In this document: in pieces, positions 12,362-25,899 of the stretch
Layout of the letters: each line of letters begins with the position of its first letter
Position numbering within the stretch: position 1 is the first letter of the stretch
Assembly (NCBI RefSeq): GCF_963506605.1
Contig: NC_083277.1
Span: 87,296,001-87,360,000, forward strand
Direction: 5' to 3'
From: Zootoca vivipara
Taxonomy: Eukaryota
Length of the DNA: 64,000 nt
Notes under the pieces: generated by a model
The model's input: only the letters and a program-made list of their open reading frames with translations
What the model was told of the DNA's origin: nothing
Databases searched by the model: none
Position numbers and translations under genes: made by a program

Positions 12362-15263
12362 TGCTAGAGTAAATGCTATCCACAGAAATATATAGTGAGT
12401 GCAATATGAACAATTATAGCAAGCTGTCAAAGTTTTCCTCTCTACTGTGGGAACATCCTTACAAACCTGTATGTTGACAATCTCACCCAATGAGTTCTCC
12501 TTCACTTTGAGAACTGTGGATTTGGTTCAACTTTCTTTTCCATCAGTCATGACTCTCATGTCATGTCATGACATGTCATGAACATAGTCGTTAGGAACAT
12601 GAGATGTAATACAGGAAGCCCCAGATTCAAATATCACCTGGCCATGAACTTGTGGGATTGTCTCAGTCAAGGCACTATCTTGCAGCCTCGGACCCATCCA
12701 CTTCCACCTAACAATGAATATTGCAGGGTTGTGATGGATGCTGTAAGGCCATAATGGCAAACCTGACCCATCTCCACTAGCAGATTTTTTTCCCCACCCC
12801 CAAGAACTCACCCATTTAAGGTGGCAGCAGCAAAAACAAATTTTAAAGTGAGCCCAGTGAATCTTGATGGGGATGCAAATTGCCCCCTCGCTGGTCATCA
12901 GAATGATCCTTTGTTAAGCAGGGAGGGTACAATAATTCCCGCTTCTCAACAGATCAGCTTAGGAGGGTGGGATAAGTGCCTGTGTGTTAGCATCCTCTGT
13001 GCATGTCTTTGTGCCACCCACCCACCACTAGCACGAGGCTGCAATCTCTACAGTCACACTTACCTGCGAGTGAGTCCCATGGGCTTACTTCTGAGTAGAT
13101 ATGTGTAGTATCGCACCATAAGTCTCCCATTTGCCGTCGTTCTTAATGGCTTTCTGACAGATTGAAACAGGTCTAGGTTTTTCTGACTAAGATCTCCTCA
13201 ACAACAAAATCTGGACTCCCAGAAGTGGTTTTCCTGTGGTACAATAGTCCGTGGCGTCAAAATCCAGATGTTTTTGGTGTGAAAGAATATGGAAGACCTG
13301 GGAATTAAAGCCAGGTCTCTTGGCTCCTTTCCAGATGTTCTACCAGCTGCTCGCCCCAGGTCCCCACTGGTCAATTACTTTACTTGATGCGTCTAATCAA
13401 CAATATTATATATGCGATGCTATAAACGTTTGTGTTTAATATTAGCTCATAACTCAGCATCCCGAAACAGATGTTTTTGGTGAGAAAGAAATTGATGAGT
13501 TATCAGAGGATTGGACCCAGGCCCCTTGGCTAAGTTCCAGATGGCCCTGCCAGCTGAACTCCAAGGCTGGAGGGGTTGCCTCTAGCTCCCTCTGGTCAAT
13601 TTCGCGTCATGAGAGGGAAATAAAAAGTATTTCTGATCTCCTGTACTGCGCCAGGTAACAAACATGTGAAAAGAGTTTGTAAAATGACTTCTTTAAAAAA
13701 AAATTAAAATACTAAAAGCGCAGGCACCTCCAGCATTCTCTTTTGAAAGGGACAATTTAATCTCAACACCACACACTTTTCGCAGGAGCATCCGCACGAT
13801 ATAATTTTACCACCATTTTCATACAAGGACAAACACATTAACAGGACTAACCCATTTTTCTAAGGAAGACTTAAATGGTAGGAGTGTAATTCTAATTCTC
13901 AATGCCTATGCAGGAACAATGTGCTCTCTCTCTCTCTTTCTCTCTCATACAAACATACCATCTTAAAAATACACTGTTTTGACTGGAAGCGTTTGGTGGA
14001 AATCTGGTCACACAATAAACTATTTGATTATGGACACATTCCACTTAAGCTTTAACAGCAGTGGTTTTTTTTCTTGCACCAGTGTTACAACTTTAGCTTC
14101 AGTGAAACTTGTTTCAGTGATAAAGTGGCTAAGGGGAAAACTGGATTCAGCATATGTGCAAAGCCACACACACACACACCATTGTAGCCCCTTATCAACC
14201 TGGCGCACTGATGGAGAAACACACATTTTACCTCCACATTTACAAACACATTCATTTCACAGAAGCTTCTGAACATCAGATGGAGATAATTAAAACAAGG
14301 TGTTCTCAAGTGGGAAGAAATGCAATTCATTTACCATTTTCAAAGTGACTCATTAAAAACCTCCCTGCAGATGCAAATGTGTGCTTATTTCACAGAGAGA
14401 AAGGAGCAAGTGCTTATCAAATTCAAGGACTTATCTTTTGTCTTACTTTTATTTGCCACATTCAAAAGAGCTGTGTTTGAATCCTGTGCCAGCTGATTAG
14501 CCCATGAGGTGAAGGTCAATTATTATTTTTTCTTTGTGAGCACTGCTCATTGGTTATCTCAGAAGGTGGTACCAGATGATGACATTGGTGATGTGGCTTT
14601 AGCAGAAGTTCCTGGATGGTGCCATGGCTACAAGAATCACCTCTACTCTTCTCCCTCTCTCATGCACACACATACATACACACAATCCTTCATCAAAAAG
14701 ATAACATTTTTAGATAAATTAAGGAAAATACAAGCATATGTGCCAGTTTGCTGCCAAACTAATAAGGCCATGGTGACTTGAAGGAGCATCTTTCCCCATA
14801 AATACCTGTGTGTGCGTGTGTTGAGATCTTTAGGAGAGGGGCTTCTGATTGTGCCACAACAAGCTCAAATTCACTATAAGCCAATGTCAGGGAAGACCTT
14901 TTGGAGGTGGCGCCCTGACTATAGAACTCCCTCCCCTCCAAAAGTGTCTGGTGCCAACTGAGTTTCTAGCACAAGCTGAAGACCCAGCTCCTTGCTCAGA
15001 CTTTGGCTGATCATTAGTGCCTGAGCTTGATGGTTTTAGTATTGTACTTCCCCACCCACCCGGGTATGAAGTTGTAGCAGGAAGGCTTTTTGGGGTGCCA
15101 CTGTGTTTTATCATATGTTATTGGTTTAATTTTAAGATGCGCTGCTCTCAAATTGCCTTGGAAATGAAAAGCGGGTAACAATAAATAACTTGATTAAAAT
15201 ATGCTTACTTCAGCTCATGTACTCTTATAGTGTGGTAGTCAGGGTTTAGCAGTCTTTGGGATC

Positions 15264-15264
<1 letters not shown>

Positions 15265-15309
<45 letters not shown>
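15265..15309. repeat. (TTAG)n microsatellite
   Basis: Direct reading. Confidence 0.9.
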
Positions 15310-15569
15310 TGCATCAGGCCTTTAAATGTTAACATAGCTATGTGGAAGCAGCTTTTCCGAGAGCAGATCCTGTACTACTTTGGTGTCCTTTTAATAACCG
15401 CTCGCATGAAGTCGGGTCATCACACTGTTACTCCAGCTGTGATAAAGTGACTTTCTGGCACCTGCTTAAAACATTTTTTGCTCAGGCAAACCTAACTAGA
15501 CACATAGAAGGTGATGTGTGTTTTAATCTAGTTTTAGCCTTAGTTTTAAATTATTTTCTGAATGCTTTA

Positions 15570-15822
15570 ATACCCTCCAACATTTCTCCGATGAAAATAG
15601 GGACTTCCCATTCCATAATGATAATTTTGCTATTTATACCCCACACATCTTACTGGGTTACCCCAGCCACTCTGGGCAGCTTCCAACACACATAAAAACA
15701 TAATAAAACATTAAATGTTTTTTTTAAAAAACAAAACTTCCCTATACAGGATTGCCTGTGGACAGGCTCGCGGGTTGGATAATTCCCTACCCACCAACAT
15801 TTCTGCAGTGAAAATAGGGACA
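15570..15822. mobile_element. Composite repeat fragment: two copies of a taccc(t/a)ccaacatttct...gaaaatagggac motif enclosing an antisense L2-type tail
   Basis: Direct repeats at ~15571 and ~15788; interior resembles the reverse complement of 26700-26800. Confidence 0.5.
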
Positions 15823-15834
15823 TGCTAAGGATGT

Positions 15835-16165
15835 GGGACGCAGGTGGTGCTTGGGCTTGCCGATCAGAAGGTCAGCGGTTCGAATCCCTGCGACAGAGTG
15901 AGCTCCCATTGCTAAGTCCCAGTTCCTGCCAACCTAGCAGTTCGAAAGCACATCAAAGTGCAAGTGGATAAATAGGTACTGCTCCGGTGGGAAGGGAAAT
16001 GGTGTTTCCGTGTGCTGCTCTGGTTTGACAGGAGCGGCTTTGTCATGCTGGCCACATGACCTGGAAGCTGTACGCCGGCTCCCTCGGGCAATAACACGAG
16101 GTGAGCGCTGGAACCCCAGAGTCGGTCACGACTGGACCTAATGGTCAGGGATCCCTTTACCCTTT
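15835..16165 (+). mobile_element. Sauria SINE (small head deletion)
   Basis: Collinear with the other SINE copies. Confidence 0.88.
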
Positions 16166-16611
16166 TCCACATGGCTAGGGTAATGTTTAAAGGGGAAATG
16201 GTGCAAGCATCGGCCAAGGTGCAAGCAATGAGGAGAGTGGGCCAAAACAACCCTGAACAGATAAAATTTGATGAGGGAAGACAGAATTCCTAAATTTTTA
16301 CCACTGTAGGATCTCACCATGAGGGGCTGATTTCATCCTTTTGTGCCTTTTGTGACATCCAGCCCCTGGAGGGCCTCTTCAAGGAGTGTTTGTAGAGCAA
16401 GAAGTACATTTTGTACAAAAAAATAAATCCTTAAAGAAGTTATTCATAACACAAAGTAACATGGGGAGAGGAACAACTCTCAGAATAGCCAAGAGGCTGT
16501 GCTGAGCAAAACACCCTTCTTGAGCCCAACAATGCTATCCGTGAGATCCAAACACCAGCCATCTTGATGAAGCAATTCCCCCAGTCCCTGAGAAATGTTC
16601 TCAGCACTTGA

Positions 16612-16816
16612 AGACATTAGGAAGAACTTCCTGACAGTAAGAGCTGTTCGGCAGTGGAATTTGCTACCAAGGAGTGTGGTGGAGTCTCCTTCTTTGGAGG
16701 TCTTTAAGCAGAGGCTTGACAGGCATATGTCAAGAATGCTTTGATGGTGTTTCCTGCTTGGCAGGGGGTTGGACTGGATGGCCCTCGTGGTCTCTTCCAA
16801 CTCTATGATTCTATGA
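16612..16816 (+). mobile_element. CR1 LINE 3' end
   Basis: End of ORF2 (DIRKNFLTVRAVRQWNLLPRSVVESPSLEVFKQRLD) and (ATTCTATG)n-type terminus. Confidence 0.88.
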
Positions 16817-17692
16817 GAGCTTCAACCAGGTGTGGCTGTTTCTGACACTTTGGGAGTAAAGTCTACCAAAGGGAGAAATGAAGTGCTCCCTCACTCAAAT
16901 AGCCCACCAGATATGCCACAGTAGATGCTGTAGAACTGCTCCACTCTGAACTACCATGTATCTCCTCTTGGGCAGAAAGCTGTGTCTTTTGAGGATGCTT
17001 CCAATTCTCCAGTAGTGAGCAGGGGAGCACAAGACCTCAGCAGTGGGCATCTATGGAAGTGGGAAAACCAAGAGTGAGAGATTCAGCTGAGTTGGGATGG
17101 TCTCCTTAACATTTTTCTTTCCCTGTCTCTGCATGATTTAATTCGTAACTGCTGAATTGGCAAAAAGCTCCAAGTTCAGGGAGTAAGACCTCCTTAGCAA
17201 GGCTTGCCAGGTCTGAAAGAGTGGTTAGCAGGGGCCGTTAACAGGTGCTTTTATTGCTAATTGAATCTGCAGCTCATTAGGGCTCCTTGCTTTATGCAGA
17301 TCCTGAGAAATGGTTCGTGGTTATTTATTGGGGAGGCAGATAGCCTGACAATAAGCTGGAAGGAATCCAACATTTGGAGTATTTATCAAGGTTTCAGGCA
17401 GAATAGGGGAATGGCTTTAAAAAGAGCTTGCTATCATAGACCTGATTTCAAAGGAGGTCTTTTTCATGGGGAGCATGAAATACATACCAGGAGATGTATT
17501 GCTTATCACCTGACCCAGCAATGGCATTAATCTGAGCTTGGGAGCTCAGAACAGCTGCAAGGCTCTGGTATAGGGAAAATTTGACCCATCCAGGATCTAC
17601 ACATCTCTCTGTATATCTATATACCACCAGTAAGCAACTTGGGAAGGTGGACACAATTTCCTGGCTTCCAAGCAATGCTATCCTGTATTTCA

Positions 17693-17694
<2 letters not shown>

Positions 17695-17743
<49 letters not shown>
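17695..17743. repeat. (TA)n microsatellite
   Basis: Direct reading. Confidence 0.95.
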
Positions 17744-17746
<3 letters not shown>

Positions 17747-18616
17747 AGAATTCCAAGATATGTTTCATGTCAATCTAGTTTGACACAACACCGCCTTTCA
17801 TCAGAAATAGCCGGCAACTCTCCACAATGATGGCAATTCTTGCTTTTTATTTTTTTTAAAAAAACACAGGCTTTTGTGGCCAACATACATGCATTGAAAT
17901 TCAAGTTCAACACCCCAAAATCTATAGCATATCACATAGGAAGCCACCCTGTGGACCTTCTGATGCTGGTGTACTCTTAACTCACATTAGCCACAGCTTT
18001 CATAGTCATAGTTAGAAATCAAGGGAGCTGTAGTTGATATCAGGGAGGAATTCAGATCACTCCATCAGGCCAAGCATTTTGGCTTGCCAGATGGAACTGT
18101 CTCCCCCCTCCCCCCTCCCCCCTTCCCCCTCCTCCCTCCTCCCTGCCCACATGCTGTGCTGGGAGTTCTCCCAACCCCCTGAAGGAGACTCATTAGTTGA
18201 CACCTGCCCCAAATCTGGAGGATATCACACTGGCTACCCATGTCATATAAGATGAGTCATGCCCATTCATCCATAAAGTGTCTCTAGTTCAGATTTTCAC
18301 CTGTCTTCTTCCATATGACGCAAGTGTTTGCAAATACAAGTGTTTGTTACTGTCACACTTTACATGTTAGGGGTACATTGAAAATATACATCTAAATATA
18401 CATCTAAGCGCACCTGTGATGTTGTCCTTATTTTGCCCTTCTACATCTCATGTGTCTTTTCTTTAGAGCTTGCCTGACCCTGACTCTCCTGATCAAATAG
18501 CCATTGGTTTGTAACTACGTGTCCTAGGCTGGAAATCTTCAACACCACGTGACCAATTCTCAGTTCTAGCCATGTGCACATTTTGTGAAAATAACAGGAT
18601 GTTACTTAGCAGTGAA

Positions 18617-18974
18617 GAGGGACGCAGGTGGTGCTGTGGGGTAAACCACAGAGCCTAGGGCTTGCCGATCAGAAGGTCAGCGGTTCGAAACCTTGCGACG
18701 GGGTGAGCTCCCGTTGTTCGGTCCCAGCTCCTGCCAACCTAGCAGTTCGAAAGCATGTCAAAGTGCAAGCAGATAAATCGGTACCGCTCCAAGCGGGAAG
18801 GTAAACAGTGTTTCCGTGCGCTGCTCTGGTTCGCCAGAAGCGGCTTTGTCATGCTGGCCACATGACTCGGAAGCTGTACGCCGGCTCCCTCAGCCAATAA
18901 CGCGAGATGAGCGCCACAACCCCAGAGTCGGTCACGACTGAACCTAATGGTCAGGGGTCCCTTTACCTTTACCT
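18617..18974 (+). mobile_element. Full-length Sauria SINE
   Basis: Head, body and tail intact; TSD ttacttagcagtgaa. Confidence 0.9.
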
Positions 18975-19507
18975 TTACTTAGCAGTGAATGTGATGGAGC
19001 AGAAATGCACAAAACCAGTATAGAGTATTACTAAACAAAGATGCAGTCTCCGGCACTGATGCTAGTAATATCAGTCATATAAATGAACTCTGATGAAACA
19101 TCCAATGCATCCTTAAACATGTTATAATGTTATTTTTTTTTAAATGGTGACAAAAAAGCAAAATGAAAATTCATTTTCCGTTATCCTGGAATGAACATGT
19201 TAAATACCCTCCTTTAAAAACAGCAAAAACAAACCATGCATTAATGGATTTCGCTTGAAGAGTTTTACTTATGGTTGTTACAATGTCACCAGAGTTGCAG
19301 CTGAGGGATGAGGATGTTTTACTGTGGGATAGGCACTGCTTCTTTATAGCTACATTAAAGCGTTTCCCCCACTTTTGCTTCAGTTGCCAACCTGTTACAT
19401 ACTGAATTAAGGTTTTTTGTTGGAGCTGATTCAGGCCAGGGCCAGGATGTATTGGTGGTGCCGTCTCTTATCGTTTTATTCTGCTTTTTTATCAGCTTCA
19501 GAACACA

Positions 19508-19510
<3 letters not shown>

Positions 19511-19581
<71 letters not shown>
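19511..19581. repeat. (GA)n microsatellite
   Basis: Direct reading. Confidence 0.95.
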
Positions 19582-19585
<4 letters not shown>

Positions 19586-20283
19586 TGCTCTGTGCTGGAC
19601 AGGACTACAGGGGCTCTAAGGAGATCATTATCACTATTAGTGCAACCAAAGGTCAGGTTTGCAACAAAGAGCTCATTACATCTTTGAGACTCGTGCTGGA
19701 CGCTGGATACTTGGTATTTCGTAATCTATCAGGGGTTACCATGGAAAGGCGGAAGAAAAGTCATACAGAGGTCAGAAGACAACACTCAAGGCATTTGGCT
19801 GCAGACAGGTGAAATTTGCCCCTTTGTACACCTCCACATTCTTCATAAACACACACTTTGCCAATTCCTTGAGATCAGACAATCCAATTACCTCTGAAAG
19901 AGATTGTGTTGTGTGAGAAGCTTTAGGAAAGGAAACTATAAAAGAGGACTGGATAGAACAAACCAATAAATAGACTAGAAGTCCATTGTGTGTATCCATT
20001 TTTGAAGTGTCCTGTGTGTTCACTCTGTGCACCGAGGTTATATTTTAATGTACATTTCAAGTGCCTCCTTTGTATTAAATCATTGTCCATTATTTTACAA
20101 CATCACAGTTCCACAAATGGATGGATGCCTCATATTACAGATAAGTCCAGAGTAGTTGAAATGTTGATCTTTGTATCTCACACCTACATCTTTGATCATG
20201 CCGAGTGAACTTTTCTGCAGCCCCTGTATTTGCCTTTACATCAAATGGGTTATCTAATAAGGCAATGTTATCCAGTGATCTGC

Positions 20284-20429
20284 AATAGCTCAGTCAGTAG
20301 AACATGAGACTCTTAATCTCGAGGTCATGCAATCGAGCCCCACATTGGGCAAAAATAATTCCTTCATTGCAGGGCGTTGGACTAGATGAGCCTCATGGTC
20401 CCTCCCAACTCTACAATTCTATGATTCTA
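20284..20429 (+). mobile_element. tRNA-Lys(CTT)-derived SINE with CR1-type tail
   Basis: tagctcagtcagtagaacatgagactcttaatctc...gagccccacattgggc resembles tRNA-Lys-CTT; followed by cattgcagggcgttggactagatg...attctatgattcta. Confidence 0.75.
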
Positions 20430-20451
20430 GATGGGCGGGATATAAATAATA

Positions 20452-20452
20452 A

Positions 20453-20498
<46 letters not shown>
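20452..20498. repeat. (TTA)n microsatellite (probably a LINE tail remnant)
   Basis: Direct reading; preceded by gggcgggatataaat. Confidence 0.9.
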
Positions 20499-20499
<1 letters not shown>

Positions 20500-23400
20500 G
20501 CTGTTGTGGCTCTCCCTGTTTCCAAGCCCCTCTTGCATAACAATATTTGTTTTCTTATGAAACACCGAGTCAGAGTGACCCCTGCAATGTGAACACTGGA
20601 GAAATGACTTTAGATTAAACAAGCAAATAATTTAAAACAGGTGACTGTACTTGGTCTTGACCAGTTTGCAGCTTTCAACATAATATGTTGGCGCTGACCA
20701 AGAGGTAGGTGGTAAAAGCAGGGTCCTTAATCATTGTCACCTATCACGCATGACTTCAAATGTTGTTTCCATATGTCTCTGCAGGCAAGAATGGGTTGCC
20801 AAACTGCAAGTGGAGGCAGCAGTTCCATACTGATTCTGCTAGTCCTCTGGGCTAGAAGTGGTAAGTACCAGAACCAGCACACGACGGTGGCCGAAACTAC
20901 TTTTTCTAAACATTTTTTGGCAGTGGCAAATAACACCTCTGTTTTTGGGCGATGTTTCTGCCCTTTTTGCAAAAATGTCCATTTACTGATTTACATTGTC
21001 CCAACTTTCCCACTTTCCATTTCCTTCACTTGCCTTGTGTGATGCCATCATGTTGCCAGCCCTGGCTAGCTGCATAGTAGGGTGATGTGATCACATGATG
21101 CCTGATTGGGTGGAATCACCCATGTGACAAATCTGGTAAGGAAGAAGAAGAAGCAGCTGGGGTGAAACAGTACCAAGACATCAGCTGTCAAGAGAAACAG
21201 CGTTGCTGCAGCTGAGCAATATTTGTAAAAGATAAATATTTACCCTGCCTATGTGCTGCGGGGGGGGGGGGGTGCGTGCAGAATTTCTACCCCATCCAAA
21301 TTACCAGATTTAAGTTGCAACTGCAGAATATTCAGTGTGTCACTATGTCACACAGTCTAGTATACATTGCTAATGTTTGGCAGGCTGACAAAGCACGCAG
21401 TTCACTCAGAAAGCCATTCCCCTCTGGAAGCACCATGATCTGTTGGGTCTTTTGCAACATCAGGCATAAGCAGCAATTTCTTTGCTTTCATGCATTTCAT
21501 GTTTTGCAAGGTGTCCTAAATTTTGAACCTTTGGAAGATAAGGATCCCAAACCCCAGTAAACAAAGAGGTGGCATGCACTGCAAGAAACATGACAGAGGT
21601 GCCTTTGGGTGATGTGAAGCAAATATTTATAAATCCCAGCTCAATTTCTGAGCACAATGCCACTTTTGTTTCTGGTCCTAGTTGTATCTACAGCCAGAGT
21701 AGGATGAAAATGGCCATCTCCTTGGGTGGCTACCGGAACTGGTCTGTGAGCTTCTTGCTCTGTCAGAGCCAGACTGGAGTCCCTTGCTGTAACCCACACA
21801 CCTTGCCATGTGTTACTTTGACATATTCCATTGCACAGACCGCATGTCTGCAGGGATTGGACTGGGGAGAGGGGGAAGGAAGGACGAAGGAGGGGCGAGC
21901 ATTACTAATGAAGTGTAAAAGCTGTCCAAGAGCCTTTCACTGGCTCCTGGAGCTCTCTGCTAATTAGGTGAGACATGCTGGCATCGAGTCCTCCTATCAG
22001 CCAAGCCAGGGGAATGTAAATATTTGTAACACACAAACCCATCAGTGGCTGCTTATTTGTTTCCCAGACAGAAGTGAAGAGTAGCTGTGCAAAAAAGACT
22101 TTAGATGAAAGGAAAGGGATGGGGAGGGTAATCAAATGAAGGGGAATCAGGGGTACCCGGCTGCCCCAGCCACACACAGACCGTGCATCATAAGCAGTAT
22201 GTGTGAAGTCAAAATACCGCACATTTTTTTAATGGCATGTCCCAAAAGCTCCTCTTGTTTCTGCTGGTGTGGACGGAATATTTTTGAATATCCCACTCGT
22301 ACAAAAACAAGGATGCTGCTGTGACCTCCCCTATCCATCCATAACAAGTCAGCTGGGTGACAGGAGGTGTGGGGTGTTATGAGCCAGGAAGAAATAAAAG
22401 ACATTGCTGTGGCAGCATACCTGTTCTTGTCTGCACACACCTCTTCCATCGGCTAGAACTGCCCTCTGCCACTATCCTAATGGATGGGGTGGTGCCTCCA
22501 GGAGTGTCTGATAACTGACTCCAGCTGAGAGGTCATCTCTTTTTTCTATTGGGGAGAGTTGGTTACGACTGGGGCCAAGGAAGAAGAAAGGGCACCTTTT
22601 GCCAGCAGTTTCAGAAGCACTGAAAGACTTTCCCCTCCCCTTCCCTGGCAATTGTTGGCGATTGCTTGAAAGTGTTTAGAAATTCAGGGAGCTTGGCCAG
22701 AAACCCTGAATAATACACACAGTGTTTGTACTAAGCGATGCCGTCACATGACAAATGGGATTGGCTGTATAGTGTCACGATGTCATCCTGTTCACTACAT
22801 TACCCTAAACTGGCTGGGAACAACTGTGTGACTATTGCCAGCTTAGTAGTGTTGCCATAAGTGAGCATTGTCACATAGCGAGATTTGAATGCCCACATAG
22901 GATCACGGGGAACAAAGCCTGTGTGCTTTGTTTGCTTTCTAAGGGGCCATTGCTCTGGAAAGCCCTCTTCATACACACTCCCCACCACAACTGTGATGTC
23001 ACATTGGACATGTGGCCTTATTAATCAAAGCCTAAAAGGACTGCGGTGTCAGACCAGGGCCGTGCCAGGCACTGTGCTGCCAGATGGTAAGGGCACAAGT
23101 GACATTCGCCCGAGAGCAGGCAAAGTGTCAAGTTGTCCTTGGAACTTAAAGCTGGCTTCAGCAACAGCTTAAAATCTCAAAATCTGTGGATTCCCCAACT
23201 CCCTTTTTATCTGTGGCTTGTAGCCCATGATGCCTACATTCAGAGGCAATAAAGTGTATCAGGTGCTGGGGAGAAGCAGGGGGCAGGGACTCTGTTGCCT
23301 TCATATATATATTGCTTGTGAGCTTCCTAGGGGCACCTGGTTGGCCAGGGTAGGAAGCAGCATACTACATTAGATGGGCCTTTGCTCTCATCCAGCAGAG

Positions 23401-23641
23401 TTCTTCTGATGCCAAATGCTGTGTTCTGGCTCCTGTCTGAAGAACACGTGTAGCAAAGGAGAGAATGGATTTAATTTTTTTTTTTTTTTGTACTTGCAGC
23501 CCTTCCTTCACTAGGTGGGTCCCAGAGCAGGTTACAAAACTGTCACGTTTTTTAAAAGTGCATTAAAATTATAAAAGGGATTGTCACTAAGGACAGTTGT
23601 TGCCCTTTGAGCCACATTCTTTATAATCAGACTCAATGGCT

Positions 23642-25754
23642 CAGGGGCGTAGCCAGGATCAAAACTAGGGGGGGGGGCAAGCCATGGTCGTTCAGGGGCG
23701 GGGCCAAGGCACGGAAGGGGAGGGGCCACAAAGTGGGCGTGGCTAAAGGGCCAGCGGGCCTGATGACATCGTGGCGGTGGCAGCAGCGGCCACCTTGTGC
23801 TTCTGGGGCTGGTAGCATTGGCGGCTACCCTGCTTGGCTGGAGAGGACGGGAGGGTCGGGCAGGCGAGAGGGGGTGGCAGGGTGGGCGAGGGCGAGGCAA
23901 GACACGGCCACAGCCACGACGGCTCCGAGGCGTTGCTGCATATCAGCATAATATTTCAACCATGGTTCAAGCCCCACCTTAGGAAAAAAATCCTGCATTG
24001 CAGGGGGTTGGACTAGATGACCCTTGTGGTCCCTTCCGACTACAATTCTATGATTCTATTGATATATTACCATAGCATATGCATCATTCTGCTTTCTTGA
24101 ATTGTCCTACTCCTAGGCATAGCATCCAACTCCTAGAGGCCTAGGTGCCCCCCCCAATTACTGGTAAATACCGTATTTGAAAGAGTCATCCCCCCATGTT
24201 GATGGGCTTTCTATGTGGGGCTTATCTGCCCCCCGTATTTTATTAAGGATGGAAGAGGGAGGGAAGGAAGGAAGAAATAGAGAGAGAGAGATAACTCATA
24301 TTTGTGGGTGTCTCTGGATGACGCTGTGATGCTGGAACTCTGCAGCAAGAGGACAGGAGGGTTGGGCAGGCGAGAGGGGGTGGAAGGGCGGGCGAGGGCG
24401 GGGCAAGGCATGGCCGCAGCCACGATGGCTCCGAGGCGTTGCTGCATATCAGCATAATATTTCAACTATGGTTCAAGCCCCACCTTAGGAAAAAAATCCT
24501 GCATTGCAGCGGGTAGGACTAGATGACCCTTGTGGTCCCTTCCGACTACAATTCTACGATTCTATTGATATATTACCATACCATATGCATCGTTCTGCTT
24601 TCTTGAATTGTCCTACTCCCAGGCATAGCAGCCAACTCCTAGAGGCCTAGGTGCCTCTCCCCCCCCCCAATTACTGGTAAATACCGTATTTGAAAGAGTC
24701 ATCCCCCTATGTTGATGGGCTTTCTATGTGGGGCTTATCTGCCCCCCCCCCCGTATTTTATTAAGGATGGAAGAGGGAGGGAAGGAAGGAAGAAATAGAG
24801 AGAGGGATAACTCATATTTGTGGGTGCCTCTGGGTGACGCTGTGATGCTGGAACTCTGCATGTACAGGAACCTTGTAAGCAGCTTTCTCTCTGCTTGATT
24901 TACAGCAGGCACGTCCAAAAGGTAGATTGTGATCTACCAGTAGATCACTGAATGTCTGTGGTAGATCACTGGTAGGTCACTGGCACCCCTAAAAAAAGCT
25001 CACCCAAAATTTTCCTCCTCCCTCAAAAAAGTTGAACTATGACCTGAAGCCCTAAACAAAAATGGGCCTCCCTCCCTCCTAAAAAAAGCTCAACAAGTTT
25101 GACCTAAACCCCAAAAAACAGGGCTTCCCTTCCTTTTAAAAAAACTCAACAGCTTTGACCTGAACCCCCCAAAAGGGGGTAGATCACCCCCAGTTTTAAA
25201 CTCTGAGTAGATCAGAGTCTCTTGGGAGGTGGCCACCCCTGATTTACAGTATACAGATGCAGGAGGAGGGGCAGACTGGAACACCAATGTTCTTTATAAA
25301 CATCACTGTGTCTGTCAAAGCTACAGCCCCCCCCTTTCTTATTCACTTCTTTTTAGCCTTACAGAGCCACCTTAGTCAAATTGAATCCTCTGAGTCTGCA
25401 CCCTCATTAAATCGCCAATAGAACTCTTAATGCTCCTGAATGCTCATTAACAACTCCCACTTAAGAACAATAGGGTGAAATGGTCAGCTATCGAATCTTG
25501 CCTGGGGATATATGCTCCATTGTCTTAACTGCTTAACTACTGGTAGCCACTTTGCTTTATTTATTTGATGTGTTTTTGTTACTGCTGTGCCCCCCCCCCC
25601 AGCAAGCGGAGACTTAGCTGCTCTTGCTAAAGCAAAGCCCTTTCCACTTCAGTTTTTGGAGGGGAAAAGTGCTGGTTATGGTCTGTAAAATACATTAATT
25701 TTTTTGCTTCTAGGGGGGGCAGCTGCCCCCTCCTGCCCCCTGCCTACGCCCATG
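23642..25754 (+). mobile_element. 2.1-kb composite non-autonomous hAT element, copy A
   Basis: Imperfect TIR caggggcgtagccagg / cctgcctacgcccatg; perfect 8-bp TSD caatggct (23634-23641, 25755-25762); near-identical inverted copy at 56745-58824. Confidence 0.92.
24906..25241. mobile_element. Nested 336-bp hAT MITE inside copy A
   Basis: Ends caggcacgtcca / tggccacccctg; 8-bp TSD atttacag. Confidence 0.8.
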
Positions 25755-25899
25755 CAATGGCTTATCACCATTTTTTAATATAAAAAAACCTGTTAATTGA
25801 AAAGTCAGTGTATTTTTTAGTGCCCTGTGTTTTTAAGTTTTAAGGGATGGGAGTCTGAGGCCTGGATTAAACATTATCTGACTGCCAGTGGTGTGTGTG

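Noticed and set aside
20284-20350. tRNA-Lys(CTT) gene
   Set aside because: Acceptor stem and T-loop are degenerate and it is fused to a CR1 tail, so it is a SINE.
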